Shown: positions 50,163 through 63,649, counted from the stretch's first letter. The stretch is DNA of 64,000 bases from Mustelus asterias (GCF_964213995.1 NC_135807.1:73718001-73782000); one strand, 5' to 3'. Made by a program: numbers and translations. The notes: generated by a model not told the origin, from the sequence alone.

Positions 50163-52739
50163 ATCTTTTCCTCACCAGACATCCACACATATCAACATTC
50201 AGCAAGGATCACTGCTGGAAATCAGGGATCGGAATCCTGAAGTATTTTCCCTAATTTAGGGTCATCACGGTCACTTGTAATTGCCCTCACAGAAGCTCTG
50301 CTAACTTAGCACAAACCAATGATTTAAACTGGCAACTTCCTCCTCTGTGTAACTTGTTATTCACTGTCTTGCCCATGTGCTATTAGACAATTATGACTTC
50401 AGTCGAGAAGAATGGAAGTTCAACTAACAGGAGGAATGCCTCTCCAATTTAAATGGTACTGTGCTACCACCCATAACTCAACCCCGTGTCCGAAGACAGT
50501 AATGATCAAATCTAAATATTGATGTGAGCTGTTCAATTTGATCAAACAAAGCTAAAGTTTATCTTGGTAGTTCTTTGTTTGAAAACTCCCCGCTGCCAAA
50601 TTAAGAGATGGCAGGTTAAATTATTTTTTATTGAAGATTTTTCCCCATTCTTGAAAACAATGCAGCAAACCCTAAAGGGTTGCTACATTACAGCATATAC
50701 TAACAGAAAAGACCAGCAAATCATTACAATTGGTTTGGAATATCAATTATTAATTAGAGCTCATTATAATAATTGTAATCAGTGCCTCCCTTCTTATGGA
50801 TAATGAAATTATATTACACAGAGTGGGGGATAACAGGAGCCACAATGGTGCACACCCTTGGCTACAGGATAATAAGGACTGAGCTACATAGCATAAGGGA
50901 ACCCCTATGGGGTCAAATACAATCAATCAGAGCGTAAAAGAGCACCCCAAAGCCTCCAAACAATGAACAGATATCACAGAAAGGGGAACATTGGGATACA
51001 ACCCCAAATCTAAGACGTGGCATTACAGTTTACACTGTCACATACAGGATAACAGGACAGAGCTATACAGCCTCATGGGAAGAGTGTGGATAAAACAGAG
51101 CCCAGGATCTAAACTTGCACTTGGACCCTTCCATTAGGAGGACCTAAACTAGAATATAATCTCCGCAGCTTCTAAGTGTGAATTTTCAAAGAAGCTGATA
51201 CCCTTGCCTACACAGCCAAAGAAAGTAAGGGATATTGACAGATAAAAGAAGAGGCAATAAGCCAAGGATCCTCACACCACACTTGGGCTCACCACAAAAC
51301 AACCCTCACTCATCTCAAGCCCCACCATCAGCAGGAAAATTTAACCCATTTCCCAACCAAGGAGACCCCACCAACCAGAAGAAGAATCGTGAAGACATCC
51401 ACAGCTATGATATCTCGGGGGAATTTTATTCAGTCGTGGAACATGGGCGTCGCTGGCTTGCCAGCATTTATTGCCCATCCCTAATTCTCCTTGAACTGAG
51501 TGGCTTGCTAGGCCATTTCAGAGTGCAGTTGAGAGCCAACTATATTGATACAAGATACAATCCTCACCCTCCCAACAAGATGAGGGGAACTCCATGGGAT
51601 TAAATATAATAAACCGGAGCCTGTATCAGTACCCCACTGACCCAGATAGTGAAAGAAAACCTCGAAGAGAGAGCAACACCTGGATAAGAGCATAAACACA
51701 AGACATCTCATATGCAGGATGGCAGGAGCAGAGCTACATAACCTCATAGGAGAAACTCAGATAATACAGAGCCCCAACATCTGAGTTCACACTCAGACCC
51801 TGCAAACAGGATATTAACCCCCCCCCCCCCCCCCCCCCCACCCCGGCCCCAGCCCCCGAGGAACCTGAACTCTAGAAAGAGAATTGTCCAGAAGACTCCA
51901 AAAGGGACATCTCAAGGAAGGAGAGCTTACTCCCTCTAGTATATTCTCCACAAGGTCCAGGAACAGGTAATCAAAGTAACTACTACCCTAACATACCCAG
52001 CCAAGATAGACATTGAACAATGACACGGTTGAAAGAAGGACTGACAGACCAGGGGTACTCACGCCATGACTGGGCTACAAACAAAATAAACTTCCCCAAT
52101 CTCCAGTCACACCTGAGAGGCTATTCAGGCCCCACCTTCAACAAAATTCCACCCAATTTTCCCCCATCAAGGAAACCTTAGCAACAGGAGGAGGAGTTGT
52201 CAGGATATCTCGGGGGAGGACAAGAACCTCCTCCTCCCCACAAGATGATATGTTCACCATACACTCCAGGAGCCGAACTACCAAGTAGCCATTGTCACAA
52301 CCCACACAGCCATAGAAAATATAGCTAACACCAAGACTGAATGAAAATGGTAACAGATTTTAAACGAAGCTCTCTCTTGTTCCACTGCCAGAGCATCTCA
52401 TTGGATGACTTCCACAATAAATAAATGGATATCTCGGGCTTTCAAAGAATAACAGGATAACAGGCGACATACGTCTCAGTGCACATATATCAAGCACGCT
52501 TGTCAGGATATAAGACAACATCACAAAATCAGGAGAACCATTCACAAGGGAAGTAGTTGCAGGATTGTGATGATGTTTCTTGGACATCTAAGTATCTGGT
52601 GCATAATCCTCAGAGCGTCACAATTTACTGAATACAATGAAGAGTACCTGGAATTCCTGGCAAGTGACTTTGGCAGTACTGTACAGCTAGCATTGCAGGT
52701 TTGACTGTTGTAGCTTGTGCTTTCCTTGGATATATTTAA

Positions 52740-53285
52740 GTGACCAGATGCAGTTTCCAAGGCTATTTCAGATGCCAAACTGATAAATACTGGTGTCCTT
52801 TTTGAAGCCAACTCCACCAGCATTCAGGAAAACTCCTGAGAAACCAACTATGATGGACTGGACATTCTGTCCAGATCGTCAAAAAACTATCTCCCCTGCT
52901 AGGTCTTTTTTTCTGAACTTTCAGATGGCCAAGGTCCGGAAGAGGACAAAGAAAACATTTCAAAAACACTCTGAATCTCTCCTTGAAGTGCAGGAGCATT
53001 GACATTAATGACTGGGAGGAGCTTACTGCCAACCATTCAAAATGGTGACAACATGTCCATCAAGTTGCTTCATGTTTTGAGTCACAAGGTCTTAATGATG
53101 GGGCCGAGTGGCAGCAGAGTAGGAAAGGAAAGAAAGCAAATCCTGCATTCTGGATCCCAATACCTTGTGGGAAATCTTGCCCCATGTGCTTAAGAATCTG
53201 TGGGTTGAGAATCAGCCTGTTCAGTCACAAGGAAACCCGTGGCAGAAACTTGTGACCCTAAGTATCCTGAAATTGAGGGACAGTT
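52740..53285 (+). mobile_element. RTE-clade LINE 3' fragment
   Basis: Frameshifted LRWTGH..SELSDG..GQRKHFKNTL..IDINDWE..WRQ pattern and a C-terminal CPMC motif. Confidence 0.7.
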
Positions 53286-54304
53286 GATAACAACAATTGC
53301 CAAACAATATGTTGAGCTTGTGCAACTATCACCATGGAATCAATAAAGGGTAAAATACAAGGTTAGCGATTGTCACTTTAACTCAGGGAAATCTCACACT
53401 CTGCATGAAGCTATTGGCTCTGATAAGTGCAATAATTTGTCCTCTAAAACAAAAGTAAATATTTGTACGTGACCTTCTTAAGTTGAGAAGCAAGGCCCCT
53501 GGGCTTTGGTCCAAAATCAAAACAAACAAAGCATAATCTCCCTCAAATAAAAAGTGCTTTGAAAAGGACATTTGTTCCTGCCAACTTTTAATCCGTAGTT
53601 ACTTGTTTCTTAAACTTTTTAACTGATCCTTCAGACAGCCTTTTGTTTCTCTGCGTTCTTCAGTTGACTCAATGCTGCAAACATTTCTGAAAAAGCACTC
53701 TGACTGAGCTGGCTTTGTGTAGGAGATGCACTGCTACTGGACTAAGCCAGATAGTATTGACACTATAACTCCCTCGAGGTCAAACAATCCGCCGTTACAA
53801 AGGCTTGTACTCAAACAGTTCGCTCAGAATTTATTTGACTTGTATACTAATCCTCTGACTCAAATCTATTGAGGCAAGAGCTGGTCATATTTAATCCATC
53901 CATTAAAAATACATGCTGGTTGATTATTTTTATCTCGTATTGGAAAGTAGCTGACTTAACCCTATTTATGGAATGCTGCTTAGGGGGCTGAATAAGAGGC
54001 AACATAATTATGGATCATGAGGGCTACTCTTCGGGACAGAATGGTAACTGGGTAGAAATCCAAACAATCAGTGTAGTTAGAGATGTGAGTTCAAATCCCA
54101 CCAGGGTATTTTATAAATTTGAGTTCAGTCAACCAGCAACACCCACCCTGTGAATGGATAAATTAAAAATGACGATAAATCTGGAATAAAAAGCTAGTAT
54201 CAGTAATGGTGAACATGAAACTATTGGGTTGTCATAAAAACCCACTCGTTCTTTAGGGAGCAAAACATGTTGCCCTCATCCAGTCTTGGTTATATCGAAT
54301 GGTA

Positions 54305-55050
54305 ACCATAGAATGGTTACAGTACAAAAAGAAGCCATTCAGCCCATTGTGTCTGTGCTGGCTCTCTGAAGGAGTAATTCACCTAGTGCTTTCAGTTCCT
54401 TCCTTCTTTCCGGAGCCCCACACATTCTTCCTTTCCTGGTAATAATCCTTCTTAAATGATTTGATTGAACCTGCCTCCATCACACTCCCAGGCAGCACAC
54501 AATCTCTTCACGGGTTGAAAAAGTTTTTCCTCATGTCGCCATTGCTTATTTTGTCAATTACCTTAAGTCTGTGCAATGATTAAATCTTTGCATCAAAGGT
54601 TTGTAACCCTTCAACCAATGGGAACAGTTTCTCCTCATCTACTTGTCCAGAACCGTCATGATTTTGAATACCTCTGCCAAAACTCCTCTCTTCCCCAAGG
54701 AGAACAGCCTCAATTTCTCCAATCTATCCACATAACTGAACTTTTTCATCCCTGGGACCATTGTCCTGAATCTTTCCTGCACTCTCTCCAATGCACTCAA
54801 TATGCTTCCTAAATTCTGGTGTCCAGAATTGGATGCAATGCTCCAGTTGAGGCTGAACCAGTGTGTTGTGCAAGTTTAACATAACTTGTTTACTCTTACA
54901 CTCTGTACCCCAATGATAAGGCCTGGGGTGCTGTATGCTTTAATCGTGCTCTCAAACTGCCCTGCCACCTTCAATGATTTATGCATATATCCCTCTGCTC
55001 CTCAACCCCTTTTAGAATTATACCCTTTAATTTAAATTGTTTCTCCACAT
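54305..55050 (-). mobile_element. Old CR1 3' remnant, preceded by a tRNA-head SINE at ~54040-54300
   Basis: LVQPQLEHCIQFW on the minus strand near 54820-54860; CR1 tail GCCATTCAGCCCAT. Confidence 0.7.
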
Positions 55051-55764
55051 TCTTAAGTTGAAAAGACAAGGCATTCACAACTATCTTCAGCTAGAAATGC
55101 TGAATGGATTATCTGTGTTAGCCTCCTCCTGAGGTCCTAGTACCACTGATACCAGGCTTCAACCAAATCAATTAATTCTACGTGGTAGCACTGAATACAT
55201 CGGAGATTATGGAACCAGCCAAGATCCTGACTGTGGTGTTGAAGACTTGTACTCTGAAACTACTTGCACCTATAAGAAACCACCCCATACAGCCCACCCC
55301 ACCACGGAACCCCCCCCCCCAACCACCATGTCAACACCCCCACACAGAAACTGAACTCCCCACGCAACCCCCACCCACCAAGGGACAACCCCCCCCGGGG
55401 TTAGTGCTGTGGTAGGGCCACAGCGAAGTTCCAGGTACTGCCTGGGCATGACTCTCACCCCCTGGGGGCTGTATTCACCTGTTCACCTCCAGCGGGTTCT
55501 GCTCTGCAGGTACACGTCGTGGAAGACCTGTCCTGATTCAAGTCACCGTTAAATGGACAATTGAAAAGATGAGGTCTATCGGGGCAAAGGCTTCATTATT
55601 ATATTTAACAGTATTCAAATGGAAACCCCAACTTGTAAAGTTAGGATTCCCATTACATCATCAGGAGGAGGGGAGGGCAGGGACAATCGATTGGGGAAAT
55701 CCTGCCGACATAAAAAAACATTTTGGGTCTCCAGAAGGATTCCCCGCCTTATCCATCATTCTCA

Positions 55765-57332
55765 AAGAACAAAGATCAAAGAAAATTACAGCACAGGAAC
55801 AGGCCCTTCGGCCCTCCAAGCCTGTACCGATCATGCTGCCCGACTGAACTAAAACCCTCTACCCTTCCGGGCACCATATCCCTCTATTCCCACCCTATTC
55901 ATTCATGTATTTGTCAAGACGCCCCTTAAAAATCACTATTGTATCTGCTTCCACTACCTCCCCAGGCAGCAAGTTCCAGGCACCCACCACCCTCTGTGTA
56001 AAAAGTTTGCCTCGTACATCTCCTTTAAACCATGCCCCTCACACCTTAAACCTGTGCCCCCAAGTAATTGACTCTTCCACCCTGGGAAAAAGCTTCTGAC
56101 TATCCACTCTGTCCATGCCCCTCATAATCTTATAGACTTCTATCAGGTTGCCCCTCAACCTCTGTCGTTCCAGTGAGAACAAACCAAGTTTCTCCAACCT
56201 CTCCTCATAGCTAATGCCCTCCATACCAGGCAACATCCTGGTAAATCTTTTCTGTACCCTCTCTAAAGCCTCCACATCCTGCTGGTAATGTGGCGACCAG
56301 AATTGAACACTATATTCCAAGTGCGGCCTAACTAAGGTTCTAGAAAGCTGCAACATGACTTGCCAATTTTTAAACTCAATCTCCCGGCCGATGAAGGCAA
56401 GCATGCCGTATGCCTTCTTGACTACCTTCTCCACCTCCATTGCCACTTTCAGTGACCTGTGTACCTGTACACCCAGGTCCCTCTGCCTATCAATACTCTT
56501 AAGGGTTCTGCCATTTACTGCATATTTCCTATCTGTATTAGAACCTTCCAAAAAGCATTACCTCACATTTGTCTGGATCAAACTCCATCTGCCATCTCTC
56601 CACCCAAGTCTCCAACTGATCTATATCCTACTGTATCCTCTGATGGTCCTCATCGCCTATCCGCAAATCCATCAAACTTTGTGTCGTCCGCAAACTTACT
56701 ACTCAAACCAGTTATATTTTCCTCCAAATCATTTATATGTATTACAAAGAGCAAAAGTCCCAGCACTGATCCCTGAGGAACACCACTTGTCACAGACCTC
56801 CATTCAGAAACACACCCTTCCACTGCTACCCTTTGTCTTCTATGATTGAGCCAGTTTTGTATCCACCTTACCAGCTCACCTCTGATCCCATGCAACTTCA
56901 GCTTCTGCACTAGTCTGCCATGAGGGACCTTGTCAAAGGCCTTATTGAAGTCCATGTAGACAACATCCACTGCTCTACCCTCATCAATCATCTTCGTCAC
57001 TTCCTCAAAAAACTCGATCAAGTTAGTGAGACTCGACCTCCCCTTCACAAAACCATGTTGCCTCTTGTTAATACGTCCACTTATTTCCAAGTGGGAATAA
57101 ATTTTGTCTCGAAGAATCCTCTCCAATAATTTCCCTACCACTGATGTAAGGCTCACCGGCCTGTAATTACCTGGGTTATTCTTGCTACCCTTGTTAAACA
57201 AAGGAACAACATTGGCTATTCTCCAATCCTCTGGGACCTCCCCTGTAGCCAATTAGGATACAAAAATTTCTCTCAAGGCCCCAACAATTTCCTCCCTTGC
57301 CTCTCTCAGTATTCTGGGGTATATCCCATCAG
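55765..57332 (-). mobile_element. Young 5'-truncated CR1 LINE inserted into a Harbinger-type MITE (from ~55270)
   Basis: ORFs 56650-57252 (PQGSVLG, FADD) and 56039-56551; AAAGAAC-type tail. Confidence 0.95.
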
Positions 57333-57364
57333 GATTCTCGCACCCCCAAAATTTGAAAGCTTCA

Positions 57365-57580
57365 GTAGAGATTTGCGGGGGAAGTCTTTTACACAGAGGT
57401 TGGTAGAGGCCTGGAATGCACTGCCAAGTGAAGTGGTTGAAGCAGACATATTAATGACATTAAAGACTTATCTGGATGGCCACATGAACAGACGGGGAAT
57501 AGAGGGATACAGGCAGTTGGTCTAGCTAGGACAATGTGATCGGCACCTGTTCCTGTGCTGTACTGTTCTTTGTTCTTTCT
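57365..57580 (+). mobile_element. CR1 3' end
   Basis: FTQRLVEAWNALP..; (TTTGTTC)n tail. Confidence 0.85.
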
Positions 57581-59191
57581 TTATAAATTCCTTCCTAATT
57601 TTTCTTAATCTACATCTCAAGACTTGGGTGCTGAAAGTCGGTGGCTGTTATAAAGTAGCTAATTTCACAGGGGGATGTGTGGGAAGGAGCAGAAATTAAG
57701 CAGCTATTAGAAAATGAAAGGTGGGTAAATGCACCCTGATTAACCTTGACCAGTTTCAGTGACCCTGTTTTTAACTCGGGTGCATTAGACAGTGAGATAG
57801 ACAAAGGGGACAAGAGTCAGGGGAAGGTCCAATACAACTTTATTGAAAATTTTATCAAGAAAAATCAATATTTATCTGACTCCACGATTGTACTCTAAAC
57901 TCGAACAATCTCTTCACAGGACTCTTCAGTAAACAGTCTTAGATCTCTAAGTAAACAGTCTCAAATCGACACGAGCTATCTACTTCTGACATGCGCTTCT
58001 GAGGATTCGCTACACTCTATCCACAGGTCCCTTTCACTGTATTTCAAGTGTTTGTCTGTGTTACCTGTCCCATTCAGTAAGACTGAGACAGACTGTTCCT
58101 CGGTCTTTGAGGGCTGGCTGATGTTTCAGGATCTGCAGTGGTCAATTTGGGCTTCCTCTCTCGTCTAGGTCTGGTTCCACTCTCACCGGCATGATCTTCT
58201 GGGTCTGGTCAGTCTGATGATGCTTACCAAGAGGTACAAAAAGCTGGAGATGCTGTACTGCTCAGCTGCCAGTCAAAGGTGCTCCCTGGAGACACCCATT
58301 GAAGAAGGTGCAAAAACAGAGAGAGCTGGGGCTCCAGATTACCCCTTTTATCCCCCTCCTCATGCCCTTCTCTAAAATTCTGTGGTCTGTGTCCAATATT
58401 AGCATCAGGCAAGGGCAAGAAGATCCAATGAGGTGACTACTTTCCATATTTGGAGGTCGCAGACATGGTTTTGAACCTTTTTTGAACTGCCAAGTGCCAC
58501 CCTTGTTATGCTATGCTTCTGGCCTCCTACTGAGCTGGGTGCCGCCAAGTCTACGTCACATTCTTCTAACAAAACAAGTTCGCTGGAGGTGTAAACAATG
58601 GTTTACACTGAAACAATGTGGCTGTTAGCACCTGACCAGGCAGTTCCAGGCCTGTCTGGTTTCATTGGGAAGTTGATTGTCCAAGGCCTGGCTCAGTGAA
58701 TATTGGCTGTTCCCGCTCCTCGGTTTGCTAATTGCAGAGTCCGGCTAGGTTTAAACTTGGCTTCCACACTTTGAGTTTTTATCCATTGTCATGAAAAATA
58801 TATCAATATTTCTGTAACAATCCGGGAGGTCATGGGCCACCTGATCACACAGCAATTCAGATAGGTTGATGAATGTCCTCGAGTGGAGGAGCAGGTAGAA
58901 TCACCAACCTGCTGGAGACGGACATGCTACTCATCCCAAAATGTGGTTATCTTTGTAAGGCTAGTGGGCTTGAGGCATGAGCTCCAAACTCTAGCATAGC
59001 GTACCCAGGTCTGTGATGGGACTCACTGGATAGTGAAACCACATGTATCTCACTGACACAGGCAGAAGTGGGAACCCTTGAAGAGGATCCAACTTTAGTG
59101 TGGTCTCCTTTTGGGAGCAGCATTAAGTTGCAGTGTACTATAACTCCTTGCCAACCCCATCTTTTTACAACCTTTGCTTCTTACTATTGAC

Positions 59192-59288
59192 ACACAGTAA
59201 GAAGTCTCACAACACCAGGTTAAAGTCCAACAGGTTTATTTGGTATCACAAACTTTCAGAGCGCTGCTCCTTCATCAGGTGAGTGGGG
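59192..59288 (-). mobile_element. Penelope family 1 pseudo-LTR fragment with hammerhead motif (59247-59281)
   Basis: CAC-CTGATGA-A-GGAGC(AGC)GCTCT-GAAA-GTTT-GTG on the minus strand. Confidence 0.8.
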
Positions 59289-59399
59289 TACACAGGCAAG
59301 GGAACCACTTCTTGAACTTAGAAATTCCATTAGGTCCTCCCTTTCATTGACAAAGGTGCATCATATCACAGATTTATAAGCCACATCTTTTATATTGTA

Positions 59400-59730
59400 C
59401 TTTGCCACACGTTTTCATTGTGCATCTCTCAATGCGCACTGTTGGAGCAGAAGCGAGATACGGAACAGAATGACAGATAATCTCTTTTGATTGAGTGATA
59501 AATATTGTCAGAATTTTGCTGCTCTTCTTCAAAACAGTACCACTGGATCTTTTCTGTCTACCTGAGAGGGCAGACAGGGCCTTGGTTTAGAATCTCCTCC
59601 AAGAGACAGCATGGCGCCTCTGGCACTGCAGCACTCCCTCTCTGTTCTCGTAGACAGTCAGCCTGGATTTTGTTCTCTGAACTTGGGAGTGGGAGTTGAA
59701 TCCAGCACCTCTCATATTGAGTGAGTGTTT
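59400..59730 (-). mobile_element. Deu-domain SINE (SacSINE1-like)
   Basis: Reverse complement reads GAGGGAGTGCTGCAGTG..TAAACCAAGGCCCTGTCTGCCCTCTCAGGTAGAC..GATCC..GAAGAAGAGCAG. Confidence 0.7.
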
Positions 59731-60267
59731 AGAACGAACTGCAGCAGGGTGAATCTGTCTGATACCTTCCAGCACTGTTCCTTAAAATAAAGTTTATTCT
59801 CATATCCCAATCAGAAGATTGACACATTATACGTTACTGCTGAGTCCGACTTACAACCCCGACTCCCCCCCCCCCCCCCCCCCGATGGTGTGACTCTTCC
59901 TCCCCCCCGGTGGATGCAGTGGGCCTTTCACTTCGGCACTTGAGCAGAACCGTAATAACCCGCTGGGCAGGAGGGGCTGTAAAATCCTGGTCAAGGAGTT
60001 TTTACAGTTTATGTTAAACTGACACTCTAGCAGTGCCACTCTGAGCCACCAGGTGGAGTTCTGTGAAGATAGAGCCTGATTGCAATCTCTAAATTAGTCA
60101 CTTCTCTTTCTTATTTTGTTAGGTTTAATCATTATTTAGTAATTATTACAATTTAGTTATTATGAGTTCAGTTGTTGTCTATGTTTATTGATATTCAAAC
60201 TTGCTTCCCCCTGCCCCCCCCACTCCCACTGAGCAGCTGTACTCTGTAGCAATATTTCTTTTCTTTA

Positions 60268-60458
60268 AATCATAGAAACCCGACAGTGCAGAAAGAGGCC
60301 ATTCGGCCCATCGAGTCTGCACCGACCACAATCCCACCCAGGTCCTACCCCCATATCCCTGCATATTTACCCGCCAATCCCTCTAACCTACGCACCTCAG
60401 GACACTAAGGGGCAATTTTAGCATGGCCAATCAACCTAACCCGCACATCTTTGGACTG
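60268..60458 (-). mobile_element. 5'-truncated HE1-type SINE
   Basis: Reverse complement of 17440-17625. Confidence 0.9.
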
Positions 60459-60809
60459 GGTTTCATTAACATGGTCAGTATTTGTTGCCCATCACTAATG
60501 GCCTAGACCCCAATGCCTCAGGGGGGACTAGGAGGCTTTGTGAAATCTTCTGGTTGGCCTAAATAGGCCTTTAAGAAGCCTTAATTGGCTACAGACCACT
60601 TGTGGGTGGGCAGCCCTGCAACCCTTTCAGAAAGTTGGCAAACATCTGTTAAGTGATGATAACCTGCTCTGAGGGAAGAAGTGCTGTGAATAGCAGCCTC
60701 TCAGCTGGAGTTCTGTTCTTTATCTGTGTGGCTGTAATAACAACCCATTCAATGGGTTGAGATGACACAGTGTAAATGGTTGTGATGCCACCAGGAATGG
60801 ATCACTCAA

Positions 60810-61215
60810 AGACATAGAAACTAGAAACAGGAGGAGGCCATTCGGCCCTTCGAGCCTGCTCTGCCATTCATTTTGATCATGGCTGATCATCAAATTCAAT
60901 ATCCTGATCCCCCCCCTCCCCCCATACCCCTTGATCCCTTTAGCCCCAAGAGCTATATCTAATTTCTTCTTGAAATCAGACAACATTTTCACCTCTTACT
61001 TTCTGTAGTAGTGAATTCCACACGGTCACCACCCTCTGGGTGAAGAAATTTCTCCTCACCTCAGTTCTAAAAGGTTTACCCCTTAACCTCAAACTATGAC
61101 CCCTAGTTCTGGATTCCCCCACCATTGGGAACATTCTTTCTGAATCTACTCTGTCTAACACTGTTAGAATTTTATAAGTTTCCACGAGATCGCCACTCAC
61201 TCTTCCAAACTCTAA
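60810..61215 (-). mobile_element. CR1 3' fragment
   Basis: GDLVETYKIL..RTRGHSLRLRG..RRNFFTQRVV.VWNSL. Confidence 0.9.
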
Positions 61216-61679
61216 TGGTCTGATGAGAACCTCTCCCGGTGAGGCCATGAAGGCAAAGAGCCCGAATGTTTCAGCGCCGGGCTCGCTAATGCATTTCAAT
61301 AAATTTACATAATTTATTCAGCCTCTTGCCTATTTCTGGTGAGAGGCTGACCTTGCCAGAAACCCGGCTCTCGTAAGATCGCAAGAGGCAAGAAATCGGG
61401 CGTGATCCTGATTTCTCAGCTCTTGCGTGATCTTACCTGTTCACACCACCCATTGATGGGCAGGGCGAACTGGTAAAATCCTGGTCCTAGTCTCAATGAG
61501 GGTAACCATGAAACTATTGTTCATTGTTATAAAACAGGTTCAATAATGTAATTTAAGGGAGGAAATCTGCCATCCTTACTTGGTCTGGCCTACATGTGAC
61601 AATGTGGGAAATAAGGGATAGGCAACAAATGGTGGCCTTGCTAATGGTGTGAAAGAGCAAATTTTTAAAAATTTAGATG

Positions 61680-62980
61680 AATCCATGGATTTTGTTTGGA
61701 GGCCCTGTGTCCAATGGGAGTGCTTTGTTAGCTGTTGGCCAGTGGTGTTCTTTAAGGAGGATGTTGTCCCTGTGGACACCAGAAAGTTCAATGTGAGCTA
61801 GCACAGGAAGCTGCCGTGTTGGCCAGAGGTATTCCTCATGACTCCTTGGTAGTGGATATCTATCACGTTTGTGTGGCAGCCTCTGAGCAGGATGAGCAGC
61901 TTTGTGCTGTTGGGTAGACCATGGCAGGTGAAGCTGTGCTGCCCCAGGTGGCATACACAGGTTTCTGTACAAGATTCACTCTCATCTTGACCTTGGTTCT
62001 GATGTTCTGGAAATGCTGCTGATGAGTTCATATATGATCAAGAGTGATGCCAGAGATATTTGAGCATTAGGTGGTGGGTGAATGGTCGGCCACAGAACTG
62101 AGAAGGAAGTTCTTCTCTGGTCTTTGAGCTGTTCAGGTGGAAGGCATGAAATGACAATCTTTGCAGCATTTGGTTGAAGTCTCCATTTTCTGAAGTAGGT
62201 TTTCAGAGAAAATGGATCTTCAGTGAATGTTGTTTGCAACGTCCTCGAGTTCTTCAGCCTGGAAATCCAGGGCCAAGTCGTCAACATATGTGAAGAGCTG
62301 TAACTTTGTGGGAGGGAGGTCAATTATGATGAAGAGAGGCCGTGTGAGGACTGATCCCTGCAGGAGCACGTTGTGGTTTTGTGTGGACAAATGATTTAAT
62401 CTCCAAGGTTCACATGGAACTGTGGGTTGTTATCCCGGAGTTGACTCTTTGTCGGATTTTCACACAGCGGATGATTTTGGAGAGTTTCAGCAGCGTGTCT
62501 GTGCTGCACTGTGCCAAAGGCACAGGATGTGGCAACAAAGATGGCCCTTCAGGAAACCTGCTTCAGTATGTCAGCAAGTTGTCAGGACCTGCTCGGAGTG
62601 ATTGTGACCTGGCTGGAAACTTGCCTGTTGAGGACAGGCATCGCTGCTTCTCGGATCAGACTCAGTCTATCTAGCAGGAGGGGTTAATGAGAGCAGGCCA
62701 AGGAGGCCTGTGAGGGTCATCCTCCCCTGGTTTGGCAATGGCCACTATCTTGGATTGGTGCCAGTTGTTTGGAATGATGCTTGTGCTATGGATGTTGGTA
62801 AACAGCTTTGCTAGTCACTTCCTTCTCTGTGAGCTTATGTTCTTCAGGAATTCTGGATAAATCCCATTGACTCCGGCTGCTTTGCCTGACTGGGGCTGCC
62901 ATCAGGACATGGTCCACTTCCTGTTGTGTGTAAGGACCTGAGAAGTCTGTCTGCTCTGACAGACAGTAGCAGGTCTGCTG
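61680..62980 (-). mobile_element. Decayed non-LTR retrotransposon RT, Daphne/jockey-like (not CR1 or RTE)
   Basis: LLQGSVL near 62350-62368, YVDDLAL near 62272-62292, YFRKWRLQPN, KAAGVNGIYPEFL near 62850-62885, ATWG..LPVLAHI. Confidence 0.7.
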
Positions 62981-63649
62981 TTACAATCTGCTTTCATTCC
63001 CTGCTGGCTAGTATCTTAGAGTTTATTAGGAGCTGTGACAGCATCAGAAAAAAACTTTCAGTGTAACTGGTCAGATGTTTTGTAAGTTTAATTGAAAAAG
63101 TCCTTCCCGCTTTGGACTTGGACAGTGACCCTGCTGCAGGCAAGTTGGGGAACAGATGCTCTGGCTGTTAGAGGCAGAAATGAAGGTTAAGACAGCACAA
63201 AATGGCCTATTTGAATATTTTAATGACTTAATCGACAGCATAGCTGTATGGTGGAGGAGGGGATGTATTCACTTGCCTGCACACCGGACATGGGTGGGGT
63301 GATGTTGGGACCCTGACTTCACTGTTAGGGGATTTAACTCCAGGCACACAGTTGTAAATCTGTCTCCTCTTGCCTGGGAAAATTCCAGAACTCATTGTTG
63401 CCTCTGCCTGTACGATGGCTGCAGCAGTTACCCTGATGGCAGCTCCCAGGTCATAATGCCATCTCGATGATAGCTGTGCTTTCCAGAAAACTTCCGATGA
63501 TTTTTAAAGCCTCTGTAAAACAACAAATTAAACCCTGGCATTGCACAGTGTTTATTACCCCCGGGGAGCCAGGATTAAACTCAGCACAGGCATGAGTGAC
63601 AAAACAGATCTCTGTGTTTAAGTTATATTTGAAAATAAATGATGACATG

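Noticed and set aside
12941-59288. Recurrent AGTAAGAAGTCTCACAACACCAGGTTAAAGTCCAAC repeat as a CRISPR-like array
   Set aside because: Dispersed, in both orientations, with no regular spacers; these are Penelope pseudo-LTRs.
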